Shown here: positions 1 to 12,298 of the stretch, piece after piece
How the letters are laid out: every line of letters starts with the position of its first letter
Position numbering within the stretch: position 1 is the first letter of the stretch
Position numbers and translations under genes: made by a program
The notes under the pieces: generated by a model
What the model was told of the DNA's origin: nothing
Database searches by the model: none
The model's input: only the letters and a program-made list of their open reading frames with translations
Assembly (NCBI GenBank): GCA_001724265.1
Contig: MEDY01000003.1
Span: forward strand, 1-64,000
Length of the DNA: 64,000 nt
Source: Rhizaria sp. SCN 62-66
Taxonomy: Eukaryota
Reading direction: 5' to 3'

Positions 1-3000
1 AGCCTCGGTCTCCTCAACGTCGGCAACGAGCAGGGGCGCCGAACGGTCGGCGGTAGCGACCTCAACGAGCTGGGCCTTGTTGAACGCGGCAACCTTCAAA
101 AGAAGCTGGGCGAGGACGACTGACTGGTGAGTCGAGTCATGAACCTCGGTGTGTTTAAGCTGCTCAGCATTGAAGTTCGCAATGGACGCGATGACAGTGG
201 CCTTGTGCGCATCAAGCTCGGCGACAGCCTTCTTCTCGTTGGCAGCCTCCTCATCAAGCGCAAGGGCAAGGTTAGGAACGGACTTATCGTTGGTCTCGGC
301 AGCGTTGAGGGCGCTGGCATCGAACTGGTCGATGGCGACAAGCAGCTTGGCGAGCAACAGGGGCGTGGCAGAGGCGTCGTGGGTATTGGCGTGTTTTTCA
401 GGTTCTCCTTCTGGAAGTGCGCGATGTTGCTGAGCATAGCGTCTGTGGCGTTGATGCCCGACTTATCAGCAACTGCCACGTTCTTCAACGACTCGCGCTT
501 GAACGCGTTGATGAGAGAAAGCAGCTCGGCCTTAGCGGGGTCGGCCTGAATGGACTCAGGCGCAGCCGAAGCCTCGTCGGCCGGCGACACGGCGCCGTCC
601 TCAACCTCGGCCACAAGCAAGGGCGCAGAGCGGTCAGCGGTCGCGACCTCAATGAGGGCGGCCTTGTCGAAGGCAGCGACCTTCATAAGGAGCTGTGCGA
701 GGACAATGTTCTGCTTGCCAGCATCATGAACCTCAGTGTGCTTGAGCTCGCCAGCGTTAAAGTTGGCGATCGAAGCCAGAATAGCGGCCTTGTTGGCGGC
801 GAGCTGGGCAGCGGCAGCCTTCTCATTGGCAGCCTCCTCGTCGAGCGCGAGCGCAACGTTGGGAGCCGACTTGTCGTTGGTCTCCGCGGCGTTAAGAGTG
901 TTCGCGTCGAACTGGTCGATAGCGACAAGGAGTTTGGCGAGAGTAAGGGGCGTCTCGCTGGCGTCATGAGTGCTGGCGTGCTTGAGGTTCTCCTTCTGGA
1001 AGTGCGCGATGTTGCTGAGCATAGCGTCAGTGGCGTTGATGCCCGACTTATCAGCAACTGCCACGTTCTTCAGCGACTCGCGCTTGAACGCGTTGATTAG
1101 GGAGAGCAGCTCGGCCTTAGCGGGGTCAGCCTTGATCGACTCGGGGGCCTCAGCGGCCTCTCGGCGACCAGGAGAGGCGCGGAGCGGTCCGCCGTTGCGA
1201 CCTCAATGAGGGCAGCCTTGTCGAACGCGGCAACCTTGAGAAGAAGCTGAGCCAGGACCACAGACTGCTTGGTAGAGTCATGGACCTCGGTGTGCTTGAG
1301 CTCGCCAACGTTAAAGCTGGTGATGGAATCAAGCAGAGTCTTCTTGTTGTTGTCGAGCTCAGCAGCAGCCGCTCTCTCGTTAGCAGCCTCCTCATCGAGC
1401 ACAAGAGCAACGTTGGGCGCAGAGCGGTCGTTAGTCTCGGTGGCGTTGAGGGCGCTGGCATCGAACTGGTCAATGGCGACAAGGAGCTTGGCCAGAGTGA
1501 CAGGGGCAGTCGAGGCGTCATGGGTGGACGCGTGCTTAAGATTGCTCTTCTGGAAATGAGCAATGTTGCGAAGCATCGCGTCAGTCGCGTTGATGCCGGA
1601 CTTGTCCGCAACCTCAACGTTCTTCAGCGACTCGCGCTTGAACGCGTTGATCAGAGAGAGCAGCTCGGCCTTGGCGGGATCAGCCTGAATGGACTCGGGA
1701 GCAGCAGCGGTCTCGGCAGCAGCAGACTCGGCGTCCTCCTCGACCTCGGCGACCAGGAGCGGGGCCGAGCGGTCCGCAGTGGCGACCTCGATGAGCTTGG
1801 CCTTGTCGAACGAGGCGACCTTGGCGAGCAGCTGCGCGAGCACGACGGACTGCTTCGTCGAGTCATGCACCTCGGTGTGCTTGAGGGACTCGCTGTTGAA
1901 GGAGGAGATCGAGTCGAGCAGCGACTTCTTGTTGTTGTCGTGCTCGGCCACGGCAACTCTCTCGTTTGCGGTCTCCTCGTCGAGCACGAGCGCGACATTG
2001 GGGGCAGACCTGTCGTTGGTCTCGGCCGCCTTGAGCGCGGACGCATCGAACTGGTCGATGGCGACCAGGAGCTTGGCGAGCGTCAAGGGCGTGTCGGTCG
2101 AGTCATGCGTAGCAGCGTGCTTGAGGTTGCTCTTCTGGAAGTGCGCGATGGTCGAGAGCATAGCGTCAGTAGCGTTGACGCCAGACTTATCAGTGACCTC
2201 GACGTTGCGAAGAGTCTCCTTCTTGAACGAGTTGATGAGCGTGAGCAGCTCAGCTTTCTCGGGGTCCTCCTGGATCGACTCAGGGGCCGCGGCGACCTCG
2301 GCGTAGGCTTCCTCGGCCGCAGTCGCGTCGCTGCTCTCTTCGACATCGGCGACGAGCAGAGGCGCGGAGCGGTCAGCGGTGGCAACCTCGATGAGGGCGG
2401 CCTTGTCGAAGGTCGCAACCTTAGCCAGAAGCTGAGCGAGGACGACGCTCTGCTTGGTCGAGTCGTGAACCTCAGTGTGCTTGAGAGACTCACTGTTGAA
2501 CTCGGCAATGGACGCGAGCAGGGCGGCCTTGTTGGTGTCGAGCGACGCGGCGGCCTCGGCCTCCACCGCGGGCTCGGCGTCGAGCGCGAGGGCGAGGTTG
2601 GGGGCCGACTTATCGTTGGTCTCGGTCGCGGCGAGGCCCGTCTTGTCGAACTGATCGATGGCAACGAGCAGCTTCGCCAGCGTGAGGGGCGCGCCGGTCG
2701 AGTCATGCGTAGCAGCGTGCTTGAGGTTCTCCTTCTGGAAGTGCGCAATCTTGGAGAGCATCGCGTCAGTGGCGCTGATGCCCGACTTGTCGTTGACGTC
2801 GACGTTCTTGAGCGACTCGCGCTTGAACGCGTTGATCAGGGACAGGAGCTCAGCCTTAGCGGGGTCGGCCTTGATCGACTCCGGCGCAGCAGCGGCCTCA
2901 GCCTCGGCAGCCTCAGCGGCAGCCTCGGGCGACGCGGCCTCAGCAGCGGCGTCGTCCTCGACCTCGGCGACGAGGAGGGGGGCAGAGCGGTCCGCAGTAG

Positions 3001-3150
3001 CGACCTCGATGAGCTTGGCCTTGTCGAACGCGGCGACCTTGGCGAGCAGCTGGGCCAGCACGACGGACTGCGTGGTCGTGTCGTGCACCTTGGCGTGCTT
3101 CAGGCTGGTCTGGTCAAAGGTCGAGATCGAGCCCAGGAACGGGGCCTTGT
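1..3150 (-). repeat. Coding tandem repeat, unit ~555-610 nt, each encoding five WH2/beta-thymosin-like modules; 5 full units plus a partial one
   Basis: Recurring modules: SIxxFxxxxLKHTEVHD; LLAKVAAFDKAxLIEVATADRSAP; LLSLINAFKRESLKNVxVxDKS; MLSxIAHFQKxNLKHAxTHD; LLVAIDQFDxxxLxAxETNDKSAP. Unit starts near 3140, 2530, 1930, 1345, 790 and 200. Confidence 0.9.
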
Positions 3151-6100
3151 CGGCGGCGGGGGCGCCCTCGACGGCGGCGGCAGTAGGCTCCTCAGCAGCA
3201 GCGGCAGCAGGCTCTTCAGCAGCGGCAGCAGCGGGCTCAGCCTCCTCTGCGGCAGCAACGGGCTCCTCAACAGCAGCAGCAGCCTCAACAGCAGCCTCGA
3301 CAGCAGCGGTAGCGGGCTCTTCCGCCACAACAGAAGCCTCCTCGACGGCGGCGGCCTCCTCGACCTCGAGGCCGAGCTGCTCAGCGGTGGGCACCATGGG
3401 GCGGAAGTAGCCCGACGGCAGCCCCTCGGGGACAATCGACAGCCCATGGGCATCGAAAGCGAGGCCCTTAAGCGCGCCAGAGGTCTTGATGAGGTCCACA
3501 GAGTCAACGAAGTTCTCGGCCTTCTGGGGCATGACGGCGATGAAGATGCAGTTGCTCTTAACGTCGGCGCCCAGTCCATCGGCGAGGATGCCCGCGATCG
3601 TCGACTCGGGCAGTGAACCCGCCTTGATGGGGGACTTGACACCGGCGGGCGACTTGGCGTACAGAGTCGCCGCCATCATCTTCTCAAATGCCTTCCAGGC
3701 AGCGTTGGCGGCGTTCTGCGCAGACTGCTTCTCGTCCGACTCGGCCGCGAGCGACTGCGAGGTAGGCGTGATGACAAAGCGCAGCTTGCAGCTCACGGGG
3801 CCCGCGGCCAGCGCGGCCAGAGGGCCCGACAGCCAGCGCGGGGAGCCGGGGGCCGAGCCGGGGGAGGCGGGGCGCGTGGCCATGGCGTCGGGGATGGAAC
3901 TGGGGTCGACGCCCTCCTTGGGCGTGCGCGTGAGGTTGAGCTCAAAGACCGTGGTGGACTGGCCCAAGGGGTGGGCGCGGCGCAGCAGCAGGTGCATGGG
4001 CAGGTCGCGGGCGATCTTGGCGGCCTTGGTGGTGAGGCCCTCGATGACGAGCTCATTGGAGCCGTCGGCCTTGGGCACCGTGGGCAGCGGGACACGCGCA
4101 TCAGCGGCCTTGGGGTTGCGCAGCAGGTCGTACACCTTGCCCTCGTGGACCTCGTAGAGCGAGGATGAGATGTCGTACGTGTGCAGCGCGTCCTTCTCGG
4201 CAATGGAGAAGAGGTAGATGGCCGAGATGGGGATCAGGCCGAACTTCTTCACGTCGGCCAGGTTGCCCGCCACAAACGTGTCGCGCACGGGGCCCGGTGC
4301 GCACGCCACGACCACCGTAGTGGTGTTGCCGTTAAGGATCGCCGCCTGGAGCGGGCCCTCGACACCGTCGTAGAAAACGGGGCGGGGCTCGAAGGACCCG
4401 TAGGCGCTGTCGACGGCGACCTCGAGGGGCGCGAAGTCGGCCGCCTCGGGGATGCCCAGCGCGGCCGCCGCAGAGGGCTGCAGACTCAGCGTCGAGGACG
4501 TGGTGGCGAAGAGCTCCGTGGCGTCCTTGTCGAAGCCGCACAAGAAGACGCAGAACGGATCGTTACCGGGCGACGCGCGGGGCTGCGAGGCGCGGAACTC
4601 GCTCTGCGCCGTGATGTAGTCCTTGTGCGTCGACGCGTCGGCAACGGTGACGCGGAACGGGCGCTGGCTCAGCTTCGAGAACATGCCCAGGTACGTGAAG
4701 GTGCGGCTCGACGCCATCGGCGACTCGATCGGAGACGCGGTCGGCGCGGTACCAGCAGCAGCAGCAGCAGCGGCAGCGGGCTCGGCAGCCTTGGACTCCT
4801 CAGCGGACTTGGCGGCCTCCTCGGTGGGGGCAGCGGGCTCGGCAGACTTCTCTTCGGTGGCCTCGGTGGCAGCAGGAGCAGCCTCGGCAGACGCAGCCGC
4901 GGCGGGAGCCTCGCCCTCAGTCGCAGCGGCAGCAGCGGGCTCGGCAGCAGCGGCCTTCTCGGTGCCAGCGGCGGCGGCCTCGGGCTCGGGACTCTTAGCC
5001 TCGGTAGACGCGTCCTCAGCGGGGGCGGCCTCGGTGGCCTCAACAGCCACAGCCTCAGGGTCAGCGACCTCGCCAGCAGCGTTGGCGGCCTCGGGGACAG
5101 CCTCGGCATCGGCCTCGGCCTCAGCGGCGGCGGCAGCGGGCTTGACGGCGCGGCGCACGTTGACCGGGGTCTCGGCAGCAGCCGGAGCGGCGCGGGAGCT
5201 GTCGCGGCCGCGGCGGCCGGCGGCAGCGCCCTCGAACTCAGAGCTGAGCGTGCGCGTGGGCGTCGTGGCGCGCGCCGTCTGCGCGCTCGAGCGCGTGGCG
5301 GACGTGCCGCGGCCGCGGGCCGGCGCGGGGGACTCGCCGCGGCGCATCGAGCTCGTCGGCGTGCCGGCGGCCGCAGCGGATGCGGGCGCGGGTGCGACGT
5401 GGACGGAGCCGTGCGGGGAGGCGAACTTGGCTGAGGTGGGGGGCACGCTGACGACGCCGAAGTTGTCGATGGGGGCCTGTGGGAAGCGGAACGGGCCGTG
5501 CTTCTCGGCGATCGACAGCCGTTCGCGGGCAAAGTGCGACAGCGCCGTGCGCGTGTTGGAAGCCGTAGTGGGCGACGTGAGGCGGTCCAGGAACTCGTTG
5601 CTCACGGGCTTGGCGATGCGCTGCGGCGAGCCCACCTCGGCGGGCGGCAGCACCAGCGGCGCCGAGCGGTCCGTAGCGCCGCGCGAGGACGAGCGCTCGC
5701 GCGTGGGCGTCGTGCCGCGGCTGATGGAGCGGCTCGAGCGCACGGGCGTGGACGAGCGCGACATGCGCGGCGTCTGCGGCTGCGTGTCGACGCCGGCCTT
5801 GCGGCGCGCCTCCTCCCTGGGGTCCACGATCGCGCGCGGGGTGCGCGAGAAGCTCCCGCCCTCGGTCGTGCCGAAGGACGAGAACGTCGTGTTGGCGCCG
5901 GGGGGCATGCGCTACGACGGGAGGCGGCTGGCGCGGGACGTGGCGTGCGAGTACAGGCGGTCGAACACAGACCCGTCGGCGCCGCCACGGCCGCGGCTCG
6001 AGCTGCGGTTGCGCGAGGGCGTGGTGCCGGTGCGCGTGTGGCCGAGCTCCTTGGCGAGCACGTCGAACGTCTTGGGGTTGTGGCGCGAGTCGGTCACAAC

Positions 6101-6604
6101 GGAGGGGTGCCACGGCCGGGGGATCTCCTTGGGGGACGAAGGCAGCTCACGGTCCTTGGACGACGAGCGCTCGCGCATGCGGGCCACACCCTGGCGGTAA
6201 AGCTCCTCGATACGGGGCGACAGAGGCGTGGGCTGCGGAGCCGGCGCACGCTGTGGGTAAAAGTCTTTGTGGACGCCGCTGGTGCTACTGTTGGAAGGGC
6301 TACGACTTCGACTACGACCGCGGCCGACGTTGAGCGACGAGCGCATCGACGGCGGAGGCGGTGTGTAGGCGGCATAGGCCATGTGTGAAGCAGACGCGGT
6401 CGAGGAAACAACCTCGGCGCGGGAAGGGGTCGCGGGGACCGGGAGAGCAGGCGCCATAGCGGCGGCGACTAACTCATCAAATTCGCTTGTGTGGTGGGGC
6501 TGCTCATCAGCAAAAGGAATATTGGGCTCAGGAAGAGTGGCAATCAGCTCATTGTGCGCTGTACCTTCCTGAATGCTCGTAATGTCAGCGTCGTGCGAAG
6601 ACAT
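1..6604 (-). CDS. Giant cytoskeletal protein: Ser/Arg-rich N-terminus, degenerate kinesin-like domain, C-terminal WH2/beta-thymosin (actobindin-like) repeat array; 3' end outside window
   Basis: ATG at 6604 (MSSHDAD). ORFs 5912..6604 and 1097..5908 are in frame, separated only by TAG CGC (TCG TAG CGC ATG). The repeat pattern continues in other frames past apparent indels at ~1160 and ~394-398 and runs off position 1. Confidence 0.8.
3460..4560 (-). other. Degenerate kinesin motor-like domain
   Basis: Kinesin-like blocks in the expected order: FYDGVEGPLQAAILNGNTTTVVV, GLIPISAIYLF, YDISSSLYEVHEGKVYDLL, LVIEGLT, TVFELNL, CKLRFV, ESTIAGILADGLGADVKSNCIFIAVMP (cf. YRDSKLTRLLQDSLGGNSKTxMIAxxSP). 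P-loop and switch motifs are not conserved. Confidence 0.7.
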
Positions 6605-7295
6605 GAGAGCTACGGACGGGAATCAACCGCGGGGAGTGGGGACGAATCGGGCATTGAGACCGGAGCAGCAAAAGGGACAAAGGAGAGTTTCATGAGCGTG
6701 AGCGCGGCAGTTAAGCGGGAGATAGGTCAAGTTGCAAAAAACAAACAGTAAAGTGTGCATTTGCACCGAATAGTCAATTAAAAGGGTCAAAACATGTCTT
6801 TTTAAGGCAAACGATACCGCAAATAATTCCGCTCAGTCTCGGCGGGTTGGTTGCACGCGCCGGTTCGTCCTTGTTTCATATCGTGCAAAGGAAACATGCA
6901 GCGAAGATACAAGTAATACACAGCATAGAAACCAGTGTCAAGAAACGGAATTTTCAATCGGAGCCCCAAACATCCGTTTTTCAGATCGCCTGAACCTTTT
7001 TCCTGCCGGTCCAAAACCCTACGCTCCGCGAAGTTAGGTCGCCTGGCTGACCGGCCGTCACTGGATTGATCGAGCCCGCCACCACGATCGATCCGTCGCG
7101 CGGTATACAAGCCCTGTGGACAATCGAAGCTGCAGTCTGTTTCTCTTCAGTATGATCGTCTGTACAGATTATGTTGCAGTATAGTTCAACTTACGCAGGT
7201 ATATGCTCATTCATAGTCTTATTTTTTATTAGAAAGCGCGTTTACCCCTGCAGCCTGAGCGGTTTTTTGTCAGCTCAAGAGTGAGTGTAAGAGCG

Positions 7296-8414
7296 ATGTC
7301 CCTCTATAGCGGTCTCTCAGATGCGTCTGGGAAGAAGCCCGAGGACAACAAGCATATCGAGCCCGCCCTGCTTAGCATGCGGCCCACTTCTCTGCGTGCT
7401 CCAGCGACTGCGGCTGCTGCTGCTGCGCCTGCTGCCCCCGCAGGCCGCGGACTGCCTCTCGGGACGACAGTCGCCACCGCTGCGCTGCCCCGGCCGGCCG
7501 GTGCGGGTCGTGGCGCTGCCCTAGGCGCTTCCTCCGCCGTTGCCCACACACCGCACAACCCCTTGTCTGCGCTCCGCAGCGTTCCTGCTGTCGCTGCTCA
7601 CACAGCCGTAACGCAGCTTGCAACTGCGACTCCTGCTGCTGCGCCAGTAACAGCAATGGTCGGCGTTCCACTCGCTTCCACTGCTGCTGCATCGACCGCG
7701 ATGGCAGGTTCAGTCGCTGGCCCTGCTGTAGCCGCACCCCCTGTATCCTCTGCTTTTGCCTCTGCCTCGACGTTTACATTGGCGTCCGCGTCCGGGTCTG
7801 CGTCTGCGTCATCGACATCTGCGCCCCAGAGTCGGTTCGCGGTTGCCATCTCATCGTCGTCGGCTGCGCTCGAGATGCCGTGCGACCGCCGGTTTAACGA
7901 TGAGCTTTACGACCCACGGTATCCCAACGACTTCGCCCGAGAGCGCGACCGGCGCCACCACGACCGTGAGCAACGCGAGCTGAGTGGCCGAAGGAGCGAC
8001 CGTGAGCATGACCGTGACCGTGAGCAGCACGACCGCGACCGTGGCCGCGAGCAGCGGGACCGGAGCGACCGTGAGCGCCACCGCGACCAGCGCGACGGCC
8101 AGAGCTGTCGTGGCGGCGATCGGATGAGTGACAACAAGGCGGGCAATGTTAGCGCCTTGAGTGGACTGACGTATGCTGACATGGCGATTGCAAGGATGCA
8201 ACAGCAGTCAGTCGCGACGGCAGCAGAATCCGGTCATGGTACACAACACCCTAGCACTAACGCGCACAGCCACAGCTACGGCCACGGCCATGGTCATGGA
8301 CAGTCACAACCACATGCGCAGTCACGAGCGCAGTCGCAACCCAAGGTTGACAAGGCGACGTTGAGGAATGAGACTGCCGAAGAGGCGTACCAACGCCGCA
8401 TGCGCATGTCATAA
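7296..8414 (+). CDS. SPF45/RBM17 (DRT111) N-terminus-like protein, 372 aa, lacking G-patch and UHM domains
   Basis: Starts MSLYSGL (cf. SPF45 MSLYDDL); DELYDPRYPNDF resembles the SPF45 motif (D/E)EYDPxxPNDY; charged R/D/E tract; ETAEEAYQRRMRMS resembles GEEAWxRRAAMS of plant homologues; ends at TAA. Confidence 0.55.
   Translation: MSLYSGLSDASGKKPEDNKHIEPALLSMRPTSLRAPATAAAAAAPAAPAGRGLPLGTTVATAALPRPAGAGRGAALGASSAVAHTPHNPLSALRSVPAVAAHTAVTQLATATPAAAPVTAMVGVPLASTAAASTAMAGSVAGPAVAAPPVSSAFASASTFTLASASGSASASSTSAPQSRFAVAISSSSAALEMPCDRRFNDELYDPRYPNDFARERDRRHHDREQRELSGRRSDREHDRDREQHDRDRGREQRDRSDRERHRDQRDGQSCRGGDRMSDNKAGNVSALSGLTYADMAIARMQQQSVATAAESGHGTQHPSTNAHSHSYGHGHGHGQSQPHAQSRAQSQPKVDKATLRNETAEEAYQRRMRMS
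7940..8095 (+). repeat. Imperfect GACCGT/GAGC repeats encoding an Arg/Asp/Glu-rich tract
   Basis: Repeated gaccgtgagc/gaccgc units encoding DREHDRDREQHDRDR. Confidence 0.7.
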
Positions 8415-9007
8415 TAGCACTGGTGCATAGCAGCATCAAGGTGAGAATCGTGACAGGATGCTTTTTGCCGTGTTTTCGCGCCCTTTTTGTGCTGTTTTTC
8501 ACATTTTGCAGATATTGTAGAGTAAGATCACATATTTGTGAAAAAATATTTAGCAATGTTTTACAATAGAGATTTTAATATTTATTTTTATTTATACTGT
8601 TGAAATTGACGCATTTTCACTTTTCTAAATTCCACATGGATTTAGCCATGACAAGTCAACAAGTTAAGAGCTTTTCATTTCTTCTCCAATGAAGTGGACT
8701 ACTTTTAGCTAATCACAGAAATTAACAGCGTTTCAAAAAGTTTTCAAACTTAAGTTGTCCAGTATTAGAAATGTGAGGTGCATTTTTAAGAGCATCATTG
8801 ATTTAGATTCAAAAGACTAATGTATACAGGGCAAACGACACCCATCCGTGGCCAGACATCAGCAGTGACACGTTCAAAACCGCACAAAACCGCACATGAG
8901 TCCATACATAGCAGTAACATACACATTTCCATCAATTGTGCTATGCTATAGCAATGTACGTTCAATCTGTGGACTCTTGAGCCTCGCATTCAATCGATTA
9001 TGATTCT

Positions 9008-10172
9008 TCAAATGTTCTCGCTCTTGACCACAGGCTCACTCACAGAAGCATGAGCGACGGGGACGTAGTCAGCGCGGATGATGGCAATGTCCATGTAATC
9101 GCCGGTTTGGAACTAAAAAGGACCACAAATCGAGCAAAAAGGTGAAAAAGCAAGAGCAAAGAAAGTTACAATGAGTACAATGAAGCGAAGGAACAAGAAT
9201 TACCAGACAAGAGCCCAAGTCAGTCGACGTGGTGTCGATATACTGTTGGTTTAGCCTTCAACACCAAGTACATGCAAGTTTACCGTTCACAGCGTCGAGC
9301 AACGTACCTTGATCTTCTCCAGCGAGTCTGCGTCCGAGTCCTGCTCGACGAAGCCGACGGTGCCGACGTTTCGCATGATGTAGTGGCCCGTGGGACCCGG
9401 ATACACGAGCGCGACTGAGAGCTTCGCCAGCGGGCCCTGCGCCTCAGGGATCACGCTCTGCACCAGCGAGGCAAGCTCGCGCAGCGTCGCGTCCTTCCAG
9501 GTGTAGATCTAAAGAAAGAGCAAGCAACATGCGAGCAAAGCAAAGAGAGGGGTCAAGAACAAACAAAAATCGCAGAAACAAAAAGGCGAGCAGAAAAGCA
9601 TGTGAGTTATGTGAATATATGCGCAACATTAGAGTTCGTAGCGATCCGTTGTGCGTAATGCTGAGATTTGTCGCAGAGAGAGTGCGTTGAGCTGACTACA
9701 AGAGATCCGGACTCACAGCCTGACTATGTATGCGAGTGCTTGGCGGTATGGAGGCAACTTAGCAATGCCATACAGCCTGTGAATATCAGAGCTGATGAAA
9801 AAAGTACAATAGCAGCCGACGTACCGGGACCTCGAAGGGCGGGAGCGCGCTCGACTCGATGTTGTACTCACTGAGGTCGTTGTGCTTCTGCTTCGACACG
9901 AAGACGCGCAGCAGCAGCGGGCACGTCACCTCGCGCATCGGCGCGTTGGGGTCCACGGGCGCGGCGGCGTACTTGCGGGCCGCGGCGCTGCTGGTGCGGA
10001 TCTCCTTGGTTTTGCGCGCCGAAGCCAGGCCCATCTCCTGCGTGAAGCGCGAGTTGGCGCGCTGCACTGCGGGGGGCTTGTTGCCGCCGCTGGCCATGCT
10101 GTTGTTCTGGGCGCCGCCGCCGCCGCCACCGCCGCCGTGGGACTTGCGCTTGTGGCTAGAGTGCCGGCCCAT
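9008..10172 (-). CDS. SAP18: Sin3-associated polypeptide SAP18 (ASAP/PSAP complex), ~217 aa, 3 exons
   Basis: Exons 10172-9825, 9508-9308 and 9112-9008 splice in frame to give REVTCPLLLRVF...EVP|IYTWKDATLRELASLV...LSVALVYP...K|FQTGDYMDIAI, the SAP18 signature blocks; stop TGA. Confidence 0.93.
9113..9307 (-). other. Spliceosomal intron 2 of SAP18 (195 nt)
   Basis: GTACGT...TTTTTAG; removal joins KIK to FQTGDY in frame. Confidence 0.9.
9509..9824 (-). other. Spliceosomal intron 1 of SAP18 (316 nt)
   Basis: GTACGT...TTTCTTTAG; removal joins EVP to IYTW in frame. Confidence 0.9.
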
Positions 10173-10953
10173 GCGAGTCTCTAATGTGGGACGATTGAGA
10201 AAGCGTGTTGGCATGCGATGAGAGAGTACGGTGTCGCCGGGAAGAGAGGGTAGTGTGAGACAGGATCGAGTGTGGAAGAAGTTTAATTGAAATTGTGGTG
10301 CGAAAACGTTGGGCTATATCTGGAAACAGTGCCCACCGCGTTATGGACGAGGATCCCAGACAGCTGGAGAGAGTGACTTCCGAGACGTGGCAAAACATCT
10401 GTAAACGTCAGCTCGATGAAGAGACGTTTTCAGGGATAGCTCAAAGTGACGTTTACTTATGTCTTCCACACTTAGATATAATACATATTAACAAACACAG
10501 CATATGATACCAAAGGGATGATCCAGATGACGTCCATTTTGACATAGAGACATGTACAAAATACCTGCTGACCACAAACGCATTTTTAGTGTCTTGGCCG
10601 GCTAGACTTTTTTGACTGGCAGGATCCAACGATCCCAACCGATCTACAAATGGGGGGGGTTTGAGTACTATCACGCGAGTCTACTCACTATCTATTAAGC
10701 AGTGACGGTTTCAGATAGACTGATATGCTCTTTTTCATTATTGCCAATTGCGATTGCGTTCTTGACACGCCGGTACAGAGGTCGTCATGAACGCCTCACG
10801 TCTTCGACGAATGTATGGTGAAGCTTTCTTGGACGTGATCCTGCGTTTCATGTCCAACATTTTCGGAGAGCAGCTCTGCATTATGGCGTAGATCTTATAT
10901 ATTTACACCAATGCTTGTTTGAATCTTATCGCGATTGCCTCACTATTGCTTAG

Positions 10954-11421
<468 letters not shown>

Positions 11422-12298
11422 TGCTCCTTTGCTGCTCCCGCGCCCCGCCTGCGCCTGTATACCTCTTGTCTGTGCTCAATTCCTTGCCCTCACACCCCCG
11501 CCTTATTCGTCGAACACAAGCGTAACATTCTTATCTCGCTCTTGCCGTTGCTGTCATTGTTGTGAGCGTCTTGGTGGCCTTTGATTTTCCACCCACGGCT
11601 GCGTCTTGTTGATCAATACACACCACGTAGCCAGTTGCCATCGTCCGTTTCTCGCCCTTCATTTCATATCGTTGACTTAAACAATGCATGTCACATCACT
11701 CGAAGCTTGAAAACTTCTTTGATATTTGTTTGTTTCCTTACGTCAAGTGATAAACATAGCTACAACTTATCTACGCGTAAATATGTCTCGCTATATGTGT
11801 TTTCGCAGTGTGGAAACAGGTTTGTGGTGGGTATCGTTTCCACCACAAACGACTTTTTTTAAAGCAGTCGCTTGGTCGACGAGGTATTTTTTCATTTAAG
11901 GTCTTAAACGGGATAGTTTGTCGCTAATTACCAAGATCATACGTGCCACTGCGATTAACATGTTCTATTAAGTACATGTCCTTTATTTCACAGCTGATTG
12001 TGAGTGTTTAGTGCGTTGATTCCGGACTGGAATGTGAGTCATCGCTGAGGTGACCTTTGATGCCACTTCACGTCCTTTGTCTGGAGCTCTTTGCGTCAGA
12101 CCTTGCCTCTAGCAAGTCCATCTATTCTTGCTATCGCATGGAAGCGATATCATTTCTTCTGGGATTGTGCTTCGTTTTCAAAGACGCGCGGTCTCCATGC
12201 TCTCTTAACCAAAAACCCAGACTCATCCCTCTCACTCGCTCCTGTGACTCTATGCCTTCCCCTTGCTGCCCGCGCTCTTATCTCAGCCCCGACTCACG

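Noticed and set aside
1097-1099. End of ORF 1097..5908 as a real stop
   Set aside because: It is reached only after the frame break at ~1160; the repeat-coding frame continues.
390-1170. Two frame breaks (~1160 and the T run at 394-398) as programmed frameshifts or pseudogenisation
   Set aside because: Both lie in a near-identical repeat array (a spacer deletion and a homopolymer length change) and the repeats continue intact beyond them; assembly error is more likely. Needs read mapping.
127-6388. Long antisense and alternative-frame ORFs (e.g. 1280..3616+, 4623..6200+, and similar ones over other genes)
   Set aside because: Shadow ORFs expected from high GC3 codon bias and repeats; no independent protein signal.
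8412-8417. TAA TAG at the end of the SPF45-like gene as evidence that TAG is a stop
   Set aside because: TAA comes first and terminates; one following TAG is uninformative.
12200-12298. 5'-UTR introns before the ubiquitin ATGs (pyrimidine tract plus CAG shortly upstream in each copy)
   Set aside because: Acceptor-like signal present but no matching donor could be identified.
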